64,000 nt of DNA from Octopus sinensis (lineage: Eukaryota): assembly GCF_006345805.1 (NCBI RefSeq), contig NC_042999.1:16864001-16928000 (forward strand), read 5' to 3'. Each line of letters opens with the position of its first letter. Position 1 is the first letter of the stretch. Positions 26,205 to 40,305 of the stretch are shown here, piece by piece. Made by a program: the position numbers and the translations under genes. Under the pieces are notes generated by a model. It searched no databases and was not told where the DNA came from. It saw only the letters and a program-made list of their open reading frames with translations.

Positions 26205-26205
<1 letters not shown>
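26050..26205 (+). mobile_element. Hammerhead-like element ending in (TA)n; motif at 26074-26122
   Basis: TTGTCA-GTGAACA-G-GTCGC-GGTCTCAAA-GCGAC-GAAA-ATATT-T-TGACAA: 6-bp stem I, 5-bp stem II, palindromic stem III, core 2 mismatches from CUGAAGA. Confidence 0.55.
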
Positions 26206-26255
<50 letters not shown>

Positions 26256-26267
26256 GTAAAGATTTAT

Positions 26268-26585
26268 TTGTTCATGAATGACCATGGGATTGCACCTAGA
26301 AATTCCCCCCACCCCCGCAGCACAAGACCGGTCAAGGTTGTTTGTGGAAGATCAGCAGTCACCCATGCACACTAGCCCCTCTCCCTTTTCACACCACCGA
26401 TGTTATTCAAGGGTATGGCAAAGGCCTATACGGCTTGGCACCAATGATGTCGCAACTCATTTCTACAGGTGATTGAATTGGCGCAACGTGAAATAAGATG
26501 TCTTGTTCGGGAATACAACCTACAACTCGATCAGGGAATGGAACTTACACCTTCACGATTGTGAGCCCGAGCCTCATAACCACTG
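26268..26585 (-). mobile_element. tRNA-derived SINE (family B variant), same tail as 59406-59731
   Basis: CATGAATGACCATGGGATTGCACCTAGAAA is the reverse complement of the 59689-59716 tail. Confidence 0.75.
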
Positions 26586-27849
26586 CATGTGTGTGTGTGT
26601 GTTCGCGGGTGTGTTTTCCCCTCCATCACTACTTGATAATCGGTGTTGGTGTGTTTCCGTCCCCGAAACTTAGGGGCTCGGCAAACGATATCGATAGAAT
26701 AAATACCAAGCTTAAAAAGTACTGGGTTTGATACATTCGACTAAAAGCCCTTCAAGATGGCGTCCCGGCATGGCCGCAGTCTAATGATTGAAACCAGTAA
26801 AAGACAAAAGATACATACACACATTTGCATGTAATTTAGCAAGTTACATGGGTAGCCTTTAAATGGGCAAATCAGTTTACAGAGCGTAAAACGTATCAGG
26901 AAATTTTGAGCATCTATTTCCTTCAAAGTTTCCTTGAGGACAAGTGAATTTTATTTCAATATTCCTTGATGAAATATAGATTTTAGTATATCAAGGAAAA
27001 ATATCGCCCCAATAGGAAAGAAATGAGAAGGTGCAATCTTAGGTATTCTTTAAATAACTTTTTGGCATAAAGGCATAAAAAATCTGTAACTAAGAGAAAA
27101 TGCAACTACAGAATTGTCGCAGAAATATCTCGAATATTATTTGAAGAAGCCCAGCGTGTTTCTTGATAATATGGAAAAGAAAATAATACTTATGGTTACA
27201 AATATATGAAAACAGTTGAAGACAATCGACAGAGTATGTTTAAATCCAAACTTATATCTCTTCGACAAAAGAAACGACCACTGCTGGTTCGTCGATGTAA
27301 GATATCCAATAACAAAACTTAACTCGTAAAGCAATGAAATAAGTATCACATATATTAAAAGTGAAACCTCGATCAATGGAGAATATTGTGAAATGATAAT
27401 GTCATGCCATTTGGGATAAATGCATATTACCGTAAGATATACACCTACTCACAGTTTATTCTCTCTGTTTTCATGTAACTGCTTAAATGTTATTTCTTAC
27501 ATTAAAAGTATTTCATTATAGCACCAAATATTCTATACCGCTTCTTACGAAATATGCGACGTTTTGGCAATGTTTATTGTAAGTAATATAAATATTTTGC
27601 AAACTTATCCAAATAGGTTCCATTTGATTTTGAATGCGGTAATATGGCTGTACTAATTATGTATGAAACTATATGAAGTAGTAACAACGAGGACTACGAA
27701 ACTAGCAACAGCAACTAGAGGAGCTGAACACAATGAGATATGAACCATGTGCAACAACAGAGAAAGTTCCATAATTAACCAAGTCAGAGACTTCATTGAT
27801 ATAAGACTTCTAGAATTTATGAAAACAAAAATCAAACTATTATTTTTAT

Positions 27850-28018
27850 GCGCAGGAGTGGCTGTGTGGTAGGTAGCTTGCTTACCAACCGCATGGTTCC
27901 GGGTTCAGTTCTACTGCGTGACACCTTGGGCAAGTGTTTCTACTATAACCTCGGGCCGACCAAAGCTTTGTGAGTGGATTTGGTAGACGGAAACTGAAAG
28001 AAGCCCGCCGTATATACG

Positions 28019-28096
<78 letters not shown>

Positions 28097-28300
28097 TGTG
28101 TCTATGTTTGTCCCCTAACATCGAGTGACAACCGATGCTGGTGTGTTTACGTCCCTGTAACTTAGCGGTTCGGCAAAAGAGACCGATAGGATAAGTACTA
28201 GGCTTACAAAGAATAAGTCCTGGGGTCGATTTGCTCGACTAAAGGCGGGGGGTGCTCAAGCATGACTGCAGTCAAATGACTGAAACAAGTAGGAGAGAAG
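27850..28300 (+). mobile_element. SINE family C (tRNA head, CORE-like domain, internal microsatellite)
   Basis: GCGCAGGAGTGGCTGTGTGGT...GGGTTCAGT...ACCTTGGGCAAGTG, internal (TA)n(TG)n, tail AATGACTGAAACAAGTA. Confidence 0.85.
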
Positions 28301-28604
28301 AGTTCCTGTCCCTATAAGGACATAATTGTTTCTATTGCCGATTCTATAGTAACTCCATATATTAAATATAGGAATGAATTATATTTTTTCCATACATAGA
28401 TATAAAAATCAGATTAGCTTTATTTAGCGTTAAACATTTCGATTCCTGATTGATAATACGATCAACAATCTTGTCGGTTCATTGCAAAATATTTGAGATG
28501 CTTCGATAAAATTTATATCTCAATTCATTCTGAGGAAAACGGATGAGTCAGTATATATTTCAAAAACATAATATTAGCAAAATAGAAAGAAAATTTAATA
28601 AAAG

Positions 28605-28900
28605 TGGAGGCACATGGCCTAGTGGTTAGAGCAGTGGACTCGTGGTCGAGAGATCGCAGATTCGAATCTCAGACCGAGCGATATGTGTGTTTATGAGCAA
28701 AACACCTAAGCTCCATGTGGCTCCAGCAGAAGGTAATGGCGAACTTCTGCTGACTCTTTCGCCGCAACTTTCTCTCACTCTTTCCTCCTGCATCTTGCAG
28801 CCTGCGACGGACCGGCGTCCCGTCCAGGTGGGGAACCTATACGCCAAGAAACCGGGAAATCGGCCCTCTTGAGCCAAGCATGGCTCGAGAAGGAACAAGC
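28605..28900 (+). mobile_element. SINE family B
   Basis: GGAGGCACATGGCCTAGTGGTTAGAGCAG head; short TSD TAATAAAAG. Confidence 0.85.
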
Positions 28901-29392
28901 AAACTACTAATAAAAGCAGATACTGAATAAGTTACCACTGAAAACTATGGCAGCGAAAATATGTGACGTTTTCCCAATGCTTATTGTAAGTAGTATAACT
29001 ATTTTACAAAATTATCAAACATTTGATTTTGAATGCGGTAAGATGGCTGTGCTAATTATGTATGAAACTATATGAAGTAGTAATAACGAGGACTAAGAAA
29101 CTAGCAACAGTAACTAGAAGGGGTGAACACAATGAGATATGAACCATGCTACAATAAAATTACATTAAGGTTAATTAAGTTATTATGATGCATCATTTTT
29201 GTACGCAGTGGCTAATGCTGATATTGGAAAAGACAGGGTGTACCTAAAGAATAGAATTAAATTTACTTAAATTATCAATGTAATTAGTAATGTGGGAATC
29301 GGAAAGAACAATTACTGGATGTTTTTAGAAGAAAAGAGTAGAGAAATTGTCCACTTACACATACAGCCGTGAGTTCGTGGTTGATGTTCAAA

Positions 29393-29781
29393 TCTATATA
29401 TATAAAGCTGAAGTTGTCTGTGTGTGGCAGGTTTGGTAGCCTTCGACTAACACTACCTCCTCCGAGACCCTGCGGCACAAATTAACCAAAATTGAGAGTA
29501 TGATAGACGAAGGCTTGCTCTTCAATGTGTAGGAGATAAAATTCAAAATGGACCATATTAAGACCAAATATTATTTACATAAAAAAGTTGCTTTTTTCTA
29601 TGAAAATCCATATTCGTTACCATCTTTCGACTGCTGTGTCGCCATTTTTCGGTGTATTTCAACCAGAAAAATGTTCACTTAAAGAAAATAACAAGCTACA
29701 TAATGCAAAAGTTTTACTTCTCAAAAATTCCAATTCTAAAGGGTCGAAACAAACCCGAACATCGCCGGACGATACTGCTAG
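29393..29781 (+). mobile_element. Non-autonomous Helitron
   Basis: A|TC 5' end, 3' hairpin CCCGAACATCGCCGGA then ...CTGCTAG|T, no TSD; same termini as 62989-63485. Confidence 0.85.
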
Positions 29782-29819
29782 TATATAATATGTGCAACGA
29801 TATCGATAAACATATTCAG

Positions 29820-30620
29820 TTTGAAAAGAAGCAACCCAATAACAAAAGTTCCTTATTTCTTCTTGACTTTTGACTCACATTCATAGAGATCGGATCCATA
29901 TCCTCTAACATTTACAGAGAGAAAAGCGATATGCAGATGTATGGTTCTACGTTATAATCCATCTATGCCTATCAGAGCTAAGACGGCCTTCATTAGGAGT
30001 GAACACGAAGCAAACGCATCTAAAGAGGAAGCCAAAACGCCAACATCAAGTAAAATGATGGCGAATGGCTATCCATATTTATTTACCAAACGCAAAGACA
30101 TCGTCAGACCACCTAGTAAAACCACACTTCCAGGGATAACACGTTTTTTCCTTTTTTTTTCGTGAGACTTCTACATTGTGACGAACAAAAAAGCAACTGC
30201 TGCAAGCTGCGGTGTGATCCATGAGGAAATATTGAATATATGGATTGTACACTCTGTGCCTCTTCAGAGTAGGTTGCTAACTAAAATCAGACCAAGATAA
30301 AACAACACCTAATGCGTATTGTCCAACTACTCGATCAAAGATGAAAATATATATCTGCCATCGTACATGGAATATAAAATCTTAAGCAGCGAATGTAATT
30401 CTAGATCGGAATTACACCAGACAACTTCGCAGAAACACTTACAGAAATCTCTATGCTAATGTTTCATCTGTGAAAAAAAAAAGAACAGCTTGTGGAATGC
30501 TACACTAAAGAAATTCAAGTTACTATTGAAGCTAATAGGTATTTGAAAATGAGAATAAAAGAAGCTATTTCAATTACGAACTATAGCCTGAAAATTAATC
30601 TTAGATCTGAATTGTAGGAC
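29820..30620 (+). pseudogene. Degraded Penelope-like element RT/GIY-YIG ORF
   Basis: Peptides LLD, LRYNPSMPIRAKTAFI (cf. YL.Y.S.HP...K), MANGYP (PLE thumb NGYP) and IKEAISITNYSLKIN (cf. GIY-YIG C-terminal E...I......N) occur in the expected order. Confidence 0.55.
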
Positions 30621-30631
30621 AAGAATGGTAA

Positions 30632-31090
30632 ACCAGGCACATGAATTACAACCATATGTGCACAACATGGTGATCTCATATCAAGATAAACAGCGCATGA
30701 TCTTACAGAGAAGGCCCAAGTACAATTTTCGCCAGGTCAGTTAGCCCATCCCGCTCAAAAGTTCCCTGAATAAAGTTTGTTTAACGATGATGAATGAAAC
30801 ATCCATGTTTCCAGGGGTGAATAATTTAAATCCCAAAGAATTCCTCTAAACACATGAATATGATGCTTCCCCACTATTTCTGCTTGTGATCAGAGATGCA
30901 CATTTCGTCAGTCACTAAGGGACATGCTCAGCTGGTTAAGGCCATGCAACTGACAATCAAATTCGTGGTACTGTTAAGAATATTTGCTGTAGATCATCTT
31001 TTACATCAAGAGAAAACATGTGCATTATAACATTTCCAATCATTTACGGTCGAATCCACGAGAGCCACATCTTGGTATTGCATCAAGGCA
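30632..31090. mobile_element. Older copy of the 21395-21921 repeat
   Basis: Shared GGTGATCTCATATCAAGATAAACAGCGCATGA and later blocks. Confidence 0.8.
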
Positions 31091-31838
31091 TATTTATGTT
31101 AATATTATTATTGTATGGAACATTTGAAATCCTATCCTACGAGAAGAAAAACAGCCAACCATGCTTCAGAAAACTATTAACTCTATTTAATAGAAAATTC
31201 TGAGAAGCGTAAGTAGAAACAAAATCCACATAGCAATAATATTAACACGGAGCACATCGTTCAATTTAAGCTTTATTTTCAGGTGTGCATCATGCACTAT
31301 AGCTAAAACACGTGTGTCGTTAATAAGAAATCTCAAACGAACCATATCACGAGAACATAATTGAAAAATATAGTGCCTTACTTTCAAAACAGCTGACATA
31401 AACTGGTCATTGCACACTGGCATGAATAAGCATCCTGTCCTCGTGCCTGCTCTTGACACGTGTCAGTCATATAAACGCATGGAACTACAAGTTGCCATGG
31501 CGAGAATAAGAATCAATGAATTTATGGGGAATCACATTTCATTATTAGGCCACAACATTTACTTTCATATACTTTATGCATGTATTGCTTGTATTGGGTT
31601 GCACAAAATAATAAAAACATTACTTATTATTCGACTGTTTTTCTCTTGACAATATGACAAACTAAAGTCAGTCATTGTTTGTATAAATTCGCATGAGTTA
31701 TGTAACTTGAACTTCTTCAATATTCATGATCATGACACATGTCAGTCATATGAACACATGGAACTACAAGCTGCCATAGTGAGAATATGTAGATTTAAAT
31801 AATGCTCGAACTATTTGGTTTCTTAAGAAGGTGATATA

Positions 31839-32377
31839 TTGGGTTGTGCGGCAAATTCGTGCCGATTTTAAAGGAAAGAAAAAGATCAATGAATACTTGC
31901 CATTACATTTTTAATCAACCAAATATGAACCATTTTGTTGCACAATGCATCTTTCCTTTAACTTGAAAATACCCTCTTTCTAGAATTGAGGTGGTTTCAT
32001 GGCACAGAATTCATCAAAGCATCTTTTTACGTCATCCAAAGAATTGAAAATTTTAGCATTAAGACTATTCTGCAGATACATGAATAAGTGGAAATCCAAA
32101 GGAGCAATATCTGGTGAATTTGGAGGGTGGGGTAACACATCCCAGCCGAGCTGCAGCAATTTTTGACTGGTTCCAAAATGAACTTTCTTCCATTTTAAAG
32201 AGTTACAGAATTAACATAGATTATAGGAACATAAACCTACTTCCAGGAAAAGATAGCTTAAACGGTGCTCTAAATGGAGGTGTAGTCAAATCCTATATTA
32301 TGAACTCAAAACCATGTTCTAGAATAAGTCGAAAGGTAAGCTACTATAAATCGGCACGAACTTTCCGGACAACCCAA
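31839..32377 (-). mobile_element. Internally deleted mariner (same family as 14376) retaining the C-terminal catalytic region
   Basis: Same TIRs with TA flanks; minus peptide HPPNSPDIAPLDFHLF (YSPDLAP motif). Confidence 0.9.
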
Positions 32378-32837
32378 TAGTTTGGGCAGGGATATATAAG
32401 GCTTCAGTCATTTACAGTGCTGCTTTGTTATATGCTTCAAGAGATACCGTCTCTAAAATCAGATTAGCAGAAAAGAACATATAATTACACTCATCAGCAG
32501 CCAAGTTATTTAAATAACTCTAACGGTTAATGAACTCCGCGACTGTTTTTCATTTTTGCTTTTCACATGGATAAAATGAAGCATGATTATACCCATCAAA
32601 ATAATACTGCAAAAAAAAAAAAATTAATTGAAATCGCCGACATGATTCCGATGTGGGCCAATATGACAGCAAAAATTTCATATGGAATAAAATCAACTAA
32701 AAATTAGTTTTTGGCAAACTGCTAGGAAAAAATGATTTATTATATTTATAAATGCGGATTTTTGTTTGGAAATGTTCAAAATATTACATCTGGCTCTAAA
32801 TTTATCGATCCGACTGTCAATATAAACCTACTTAGTG

Positions 32838-32925
<88 letters not shown>

Positions 32926-33734
32926 AAGGGAGTGAGATAGAGTTAGAGAGAGAGAGGGAGCGAGAGAGAGGTACATGTATATATATATATATGTGTGAGT
33001 ATTTGTCTGTATGTATGTATTCAGATTTATGTATATATGTCACGGATTTTGCATGTCTATTTTTGTCTCAGTGTATCTTTCGATGTATATGTATGTATGT
33101 ACGTATGTATGAATGTGTGTATGTATGCATATATATATATATATATTCGTGTGTATGCATATGAGCATCTATAATTATATCGTTACATACACAGAGACTC
33201 ACACAAGCACACACACACACGCACACACTCACACACACATACGTATTTACACAGACACTCACATATATATATATATAATAAAAATTACTTATTGTGTACA
33301 GGACATCATTAACGAGTAAAAAATGCGTGAACACACGAAAGATGTTTGTTTATTTATAATCGAACGCCACACACCCTTGACCACAGTATTTTCTTAGACA
33401 CACGCATACCCCCCCCCCCCACACTTTTCAAATTTTTTGCTCAACTTAACATCTCCAAACTTACATATGTGATATAACGTCGATTATTAGTTTCTCAGTT
33501 AGCTCATGCTGTTCATATTAATTGTTTTCTAGCTTAATGAATTCTTCATATTTTATATCGAATGCTCCAGTCGAATGCGGATATATCTAACGTTCTGTAT
33601 TGAAAGATAAACCTATTAGTAAATTCCCAGCAGATTCTCGCCAGTTCGAATTCGGATCGAAAGATCGACACTTCTGGTAAGAAACTACAAGTTAGGTAAT
33701 ACATGAAGTAGAGTTCATGTTCAAACGCTTATAT

Positions 33735-34015
33735 ATTCATTTCTTTACTGCCCACAAGGGGCTATACACAGAGGGGACAAACAAGGACAGACAAAGGGAT
33801 TAAATCGATTAGATTGACCCCAGTGCGTAACTGGTACTTATTCAATCGACCCGGAAAGGATGAAAAGCAAAGTCGACCTCGGCGGAATTTGAACTCAGAA
33901 CGTAGCGGCAGACGAAATACCTATTTCTTTGCTACCCACAGGGGGCTAAACGCGGACGAAATACCGCTAAGCATTTCGCTCGGCGTGCTAACGATTCTGC
34001 CAGCTCGCCGCCTTA
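33735..34015 (-). mobile_element. SINE family A with partial second unit and 14-bp TSD
   Basis: TSD TCAAACGCTTATAT at 33721-33734 and 34016-34029. Confidence 0.9.
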
Positions 34016-34368
34016 TCAAACGCTTATATGTTATCAACTATAAATTACCAGTAGTGTCAGTGGTATAACATTATTAACAGTACATACTCGACGTGTGCGT
34101 GGTTTCCTTGATCGCCACTTCGCTGCGCATGGGTGCTATGGAGAAGATTCCCTCATAAAACTGAATGTTAACACAGGAACGTGATGCTGATAAGCCATAA
34201 ACATAGCAAAATATCGGAATCCATCACATACGAATGTGATTAGTACTTTGTTGTGTCTCCTGCCTTTGACTCTCATGTGGTTTAACATCCAGTGCTATGA
34301 GGGAGTCGTTCTCAGTGCTGCGTATATGTACATACACAGATAAATACACACACACATATATACATACA

Positions 34369-34417
<49 letters not shown>

Positions 34418-35179
34418 TATATATATAATACAAAATGGAAAAAGAATGCAAAACATCCGAGCAGTTAGGTGATACAAAAATGGGACAACAAACGATACAA
34501 ATACAAACATGGATGGGTCAATCGAAGTTTTCTTTCCTCAGTCAAGTACCAGATTATCTTCGCAATTTCAGCTGATTATACTTGAGATAGCTCCAATCTG
34601 GCTAGCTCCAAGGAAAAAGTAAGTTAAAAGTATTAGAATGCTTGGAAGAAAGCAGCGAGTGTATCGAAAACCAGGATGGAAAAAAACTGACAATGTTACA
34701 CAAATACAATAAAAATAACAGGACATAACAACAGGTGTCTTTCGACTAAGGACGAATTTAATTAAGCTGGTGTGTTTGGTAATGAAGCCTTACGGCAGGG
34801 ATACAAGATTTCACAAACACAAGGAGGAATATCGATGTTGCACGGACAACGGCCAAATATATATTTATATATGTGCATATATATGTGCCTATACGCCGAC
34901 ACACACACACACAAGCACACACATATACATCTGTGCGGGAGGTGTTGAAATGTTCCTGGTTTGTGGTAAAAGTATATGCAGAAGAATCGTTGTTGCAGCG
35001 ATCCTTCAGACTTCTAGTTTCTGTAAAAGAACTCGGAAGTTTAGGAATCCAACCATGCCTTCCGAGATATCCTTAAAGACAGCAACTTTTGTGTATGTGT
35101 ATGCGTTTGTATAAATATACTTGTGAAATAAATGTATATATGTATGTATGCATGTATATGCACACATCTTAAAAACTCC

Positions 35180-35640
35180 AGACGCACAGGCCCTGAGGAC
35201 AGCTGATATCTGGAGTATTGAGGTGATAGTGCACGAGCACCGGTTATGTTGGACTACGCACATATTTTGAATGAAGGATAGCAGGATCCATAAGCAAATG
35301 CTATGTGGGGATCTTGTGAATAGAAAGAGACCCCTGATGCCTGTCATCGCCACAGATGCAGGAAGCAGGTTAAGGAGGTGGTTGATACCTTCGAAAGAGC
35401 ACATATTCTGCATGAATAATTTCAACGTGCTGCTCGAAAGCACAATGCTGGTGTAGTGAAAGAGAAAAGCTTGATTTGCCATGTTTACAGTCGTGTATGA
35501 TTATCAAGAGCAGGGCTCATTAGCCACCAACGGACCCGCAAATGCAAAATATAAGTTAGTCCTATAGCGCACAATGTTCCTGAAGGTCAACATTGGTCTT
35601 CCTCGGTCACGAGTGGACGGCCATCATATGCACGCACGCG
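35180..35640 (+). mobile_element. Degenerate RTE-like LINE 3' fragment
   Basis: HILRMKDSRIHKQMLCGDL-like peptide (RTE 'GH..RM...R.PKQ.L.GEL'). Confidence 0.55.
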
Positions 35641-35796
35641 CACCTAACGAACTCCTTACTCACTGAAAATATTCAGCGTAATTCAAAAGAGTACGTGTGT
35701 AGGATGTACTTTGTTTATAGAAATATCAGCTATTCTCTATATATGCATATATATATATGTATATATATATATTATATATATATATATACACATATG

Positions 35797-36078
35797 TGGA
35801 GGTGCAATGGCCCAGTGGTTAGGGCAGCGGACTCGCAGTCGGAAGTTAGCGGTTTCGATTCCCAGACCTAAAGCTCCATGAGGCTCCGGCAGGGGGGGGT
35901 GGGGGTGGCGACCCCTCTTGTACTATTTCGCTCCAACTTTCTCTCACTCTTTCTTCCTGTTTCTTGAGTAACGCTGTGATGGACTGGCGTCCCGTTTGAG
36001 CAGGGGGGGGGGAAACACATACGCCCCAGAAACCGGAAAACTGGGCCCATGAGCCTGGCTGGGCTTGAAAAAGGTCCG
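35797..36078 (+). mobile_element. SINE family B
   Basis: GGAGGTGCAATGGCCCAGTGGTTAGGGCAGCGGACTCGC head. Confidence 0.85.
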
Positions 36079-36115
36079 TAATAATACATTTATATATATA
36101 TATATATATATATAT

Positions 36116-36328
36116 GAAGAAATAAGGTACTCAGAAATCTGGATGGTTTTATATTTGCAGATTTTTATTAATACGACACATGCTTTTATAAATCATATAT
36201 TGGCGCTTGCATCTACTCTAGTAAACATGTGACATTAATAAAAATCTCTAAATATAAAACCATCTAGATTTCTGAGTACCTTATTTCTTCTAATATATAA
36301 TACCTGTACATCACCTCCAAACCTTCTA
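36116..36328. mobile_element. Fold-back element in (TA)n
   Basis: 57-bp arms 36116-36172 / 36234-36290 plus right-side extension to ~36328. Confidence 0.75.
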
Positions 36329-36358
36329 ATATATATATATATACACACACACACGCAC

Positions 36359-36393
<35 letters not shown>

Positions 36394-36402
36394 TAGATAG
36401 AT

Positions 36403-36475
<73 letters not shown>

Positions 36476-37172
36476 GCACACACATTTGTGAAAATATCTT
36501 TACACTTAGAACCTACTTTTGCTTTCATCCCATTTTGTTAAAGTTGGTTACTCACCTAGTAGTTTGCCAAAACATATATATGCACTCGTGCGTAGCATTG
36601 TCTATAGCAATGCTTCACATTTATCAGAGTATTGAATATAGACTTAAGCTGTCACCATTTCTTATTTAGTAATAGAAAATACGTCGTAACTAAGACACAT
36701 AATCTCATAAGAGGTATTCTAATGGAAATGAACACAATAAGAATAGTCATATTTTTATTGCTCGCTGTGAATACAAGAATATTTCTATTGCTGTAATAGG
36801 AGTAAATTGCACACTTTTGTTTTAAAATGTAGTTGCGAAATTTTAGTGAATAATTTTGCATATATCAAGTATTTTTGGACACTTTATAGATATATAGTGA
36901 GGAATGGAAGTTATAAATTTTTAACAAAAAAATTTTGCATGAATATCGAATGTCTGAAATTTAAATAAAGAAATGTTTTCAACGCACAATGGCATCTGTC
37001 GTTTTATGAATACATTTTATATTTCATCAGGAAAAAAAATGATTATGACACTCAACATATATATGCTTTTAAAATTAATATATTTTCTACACAAAAGAAA
37101 AGAAATATATTTCCGTTGATGTGTGTTGATTGTTTTGTGGAATTAGAAATTTCATGTTTTCAAGTGAACACA

Positions 37173-37304
<132 letters not shown>

Positions 37305-38198
37305 TTTAAATGGCTAAATAAACTAAGCATTGTTGTTCGAATATTAACCCATCCTTTACGTTCTCTCTCTAAAAAGACAGTACTGTTTGATGTTATAAGT
37401 ATTTGGATAAAAATGATAACTTTGACTGTAGGAAAGTTTCTTTATAATTGTACGTTTTATCTTTGAAGAAATTTGTTATCGTCTAAAGTCAGTCTACTTT
37501 TTTTTATTTGTATCTTCTAAATCAATACAATATTTATGGTGGGCGAAATGTAGTAAACCTCAGCATTAAAGCGTTCTTTAGTAAATATGATATATATTCA
37601 ATGTTTTCCGATGCACTGTACCTATCGCCAAGACCGTTCCAGTAGTATGATCATAGCTTATATATTTATAACTGGGTTTCTTTTGCCATACGATAAAGTG
37701 AACATGCCTGACCTTCTTCTTTAAATCATAAGGTAAGTGATTTCACGGAGCCTTGGTTCCGCATCTGGCATGTTGAAGAACTGAAAGAAACTCATTCAAT
37801 GGTCTAGTATATATTTATGAGACCTCATGTATTTGTAAAAGGAATGTGAACAACGCAGTTTTATTAGGTTGTAATGGTTAGAAATAATTCTGTTGAGAAT
37901 TGTATACGGTTAAACATAAAACTATGATGTTGGGCTTTTGAGTTAGTCAGAAAGAAATACTTATCCAGTTATCCTCAGTTCATTGGACACCAACACAATA
38001 TATATATATATATATATATATATGTCTTGTCCGCCTAATTGTTCTGGTGTCCGCTGAACTTTCCTCTAGAGAACATTCTTTTCTTTGTAGTTTGATCGTA
38101 GATGATCTATTTCTAGCATATGGCGACTAACTAGTTGTCTTGCCCTTTGAATATACATATATATACATACATACATATATATATATATTATATATATA

Positions 38199-38247
<49 letters not shown>

Positions 38248-39363
38248 AAGAATTTAATAAGCAGGCAATTTATTAAGCTTGCAAACATAAGGACACAGGA
38301 AATGTGTCAAAGCCGACAGGAAGCGTTGCTGATTCCTAGGGCTAAATAGGAGTAGAATGATTCCCTTCATGGGACTATCACATTAAGTTGACAGTATACA
38401 ACTACTTTATTTCTAGAATATCATTTATAAATTTCTTAAATTATATAACTGATATAATGCCCCGTTACTTTATTTTTATTCAGTGTGTTTCGGGAGTGGG
38501 ACGCATAAACTCTCGTGTCACATTCATGAGCAACGTTGAGAAATTTACCTGTCATTAATTAATTTATAATGATACTTCACGTAACATTATTTCCATATGA
38601 GAGCATCTAAAATATGAAGTTTTTTGTGTAGCCACTCTGCAGTTTGAATATAGTTGCCACCTCAACTCCTGAAATTCGAATATCGTGATGTGCGGAACGA
38701 AACCGCTACTTATTCCTTTATATATATTACAAATCATTTGACAGCCAGCAGACGTTAGTTGTCCATGTACATGTATTTCATGAAAATATATAATGAACAG
38801 TGTTAATTAAAAATCAATTTAATTTTAAGAAGATGCAATTAATATTTCAATTAACAATAGTGAAATAAAAAAGGCGATACATAATAGAGTTGAAAAGTCA
38901 TAATTAGCTTTTCATCATGATAAGACCAATAGAAAACATTGTCACTAGTGTAAAGTCTATAAAGTGATAATTACTCAAATACGGAAAGAGTGCACAAGTT
39001 TATACAAGGATAGAAAACAACGGTTGCCTGGAGTAAAAGTCATTGCAACTAGTTTGTGTTTATATTTTGGTAAAAATTCTAATTTGGATCATGTTAATAT
39101 AAATATTGTTCTATTGTTTCATATGAAACGAATGCAGCCAATTCTCATGAATTTTCTGCTTTCATTTTTAGGACACCGGCAGTTGTAAAATTTTATAAGC
39201 TGTTTTAAGATATCCATATAATTCTGACATAAGGCAATGTCTACTCCATGATTCGTGGTGAAAATTGTAAAAAAAAAAAGAAATAGTCGAAGAGAGTACA
39301 CGTAATGTTCAAATTTTGGTTGGGAGAAAATATGTGCCCTGAAAAAGTTGTACGTATTAATTT

Positions 39364-39760
39364 GACGTAGGAGTGGCTGTGTGATAAGTAGCTTGCTTAC
39401 CAACCACATGGTTTCGGGTTCATTCCCACTGCGTGGCACCTTGGGTAAGTGTCTTCTACTATAGCATCGGGCCGAGCAAAGTTTTGTGAATGGATTTGGT
39501 AGACAGAAACTGAAAGAAACCCGTCGTATATATGTATAGATATATATGTGTGTGTGGGGGGTCTGTGTTTTTTCCCCGAACATCGCTTGACAACCGATGC
39601 TGATGTGCTTAATTCTCCGTAACTTAGCGATTTGGCAAAAGGGACCGATAGAATAAGTATTAGGCTTACAAAGAATAAGTCGTGGGTCCGATTTGTTCGA
39701 CTAAAGGTGGTGCTCCAGCATGGCCGAAGTCAAACGACTGAAACAAAACAAGTAAAAGAA
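39364..39760 (+). mobile_element. SINE family C
   Basis: Full head-to-tail match to the 27850 copy. Confidence 0.85.
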
Positions 39761-40305
39761 TATATGTATACATATATTATATGCATACCCGCACACTCAC
39801 CCCCTTGTTAGTTGTTTTCTTATAAATAGACATTTGAAGATCCTTATTCTGTTTAAGTCAGAGAAATAAATAAGTATACCCTGTGCAATTTCGTCCTTTT
39901 ACTTCCATTTTTAGTTTCAAACTACTAATCCCGCTAAATATGACGTGTAAATGATTAACGCCAACTAGCCACTAGGGAACACACGTGTATATTTAGTTCA
40001 TTATTCTGTAATATATGAATAGTTTAATGCAACGAGTTGGCAGATTCGTTAGCACGCCATCCGTTTCACGTTATGAGTTTGAAATTTCACCGAGGTCGAC
40101 TTTGCCTTTCATTCCTTCTGGTTCAATAAAGTAAATATTAGTTGAATACTGGGGGTGATATAATCGGTTTAACCTGCCAGTAAAATTGCTGGCTCTTTGC
40201 GAAAATTTAAAAGTGATGTATGAGTAGTCGCTGATATAACCTTAAGATCGTTTGACATGCTCGTGGCTTCGTAGTTAAATCCCATGCAGGGGTTCGGGTG
40301 CCTTA

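Noticed and set aside
34520-34605. Possible hammerhead in the 34430-34860 repeat (CTGAGGA and a CCAGATT/AATCTGG stem on the minus strand)
   Set aside because: Core elements are not in the required order with a closing stem II and GAAA; I could not build a credible fold.
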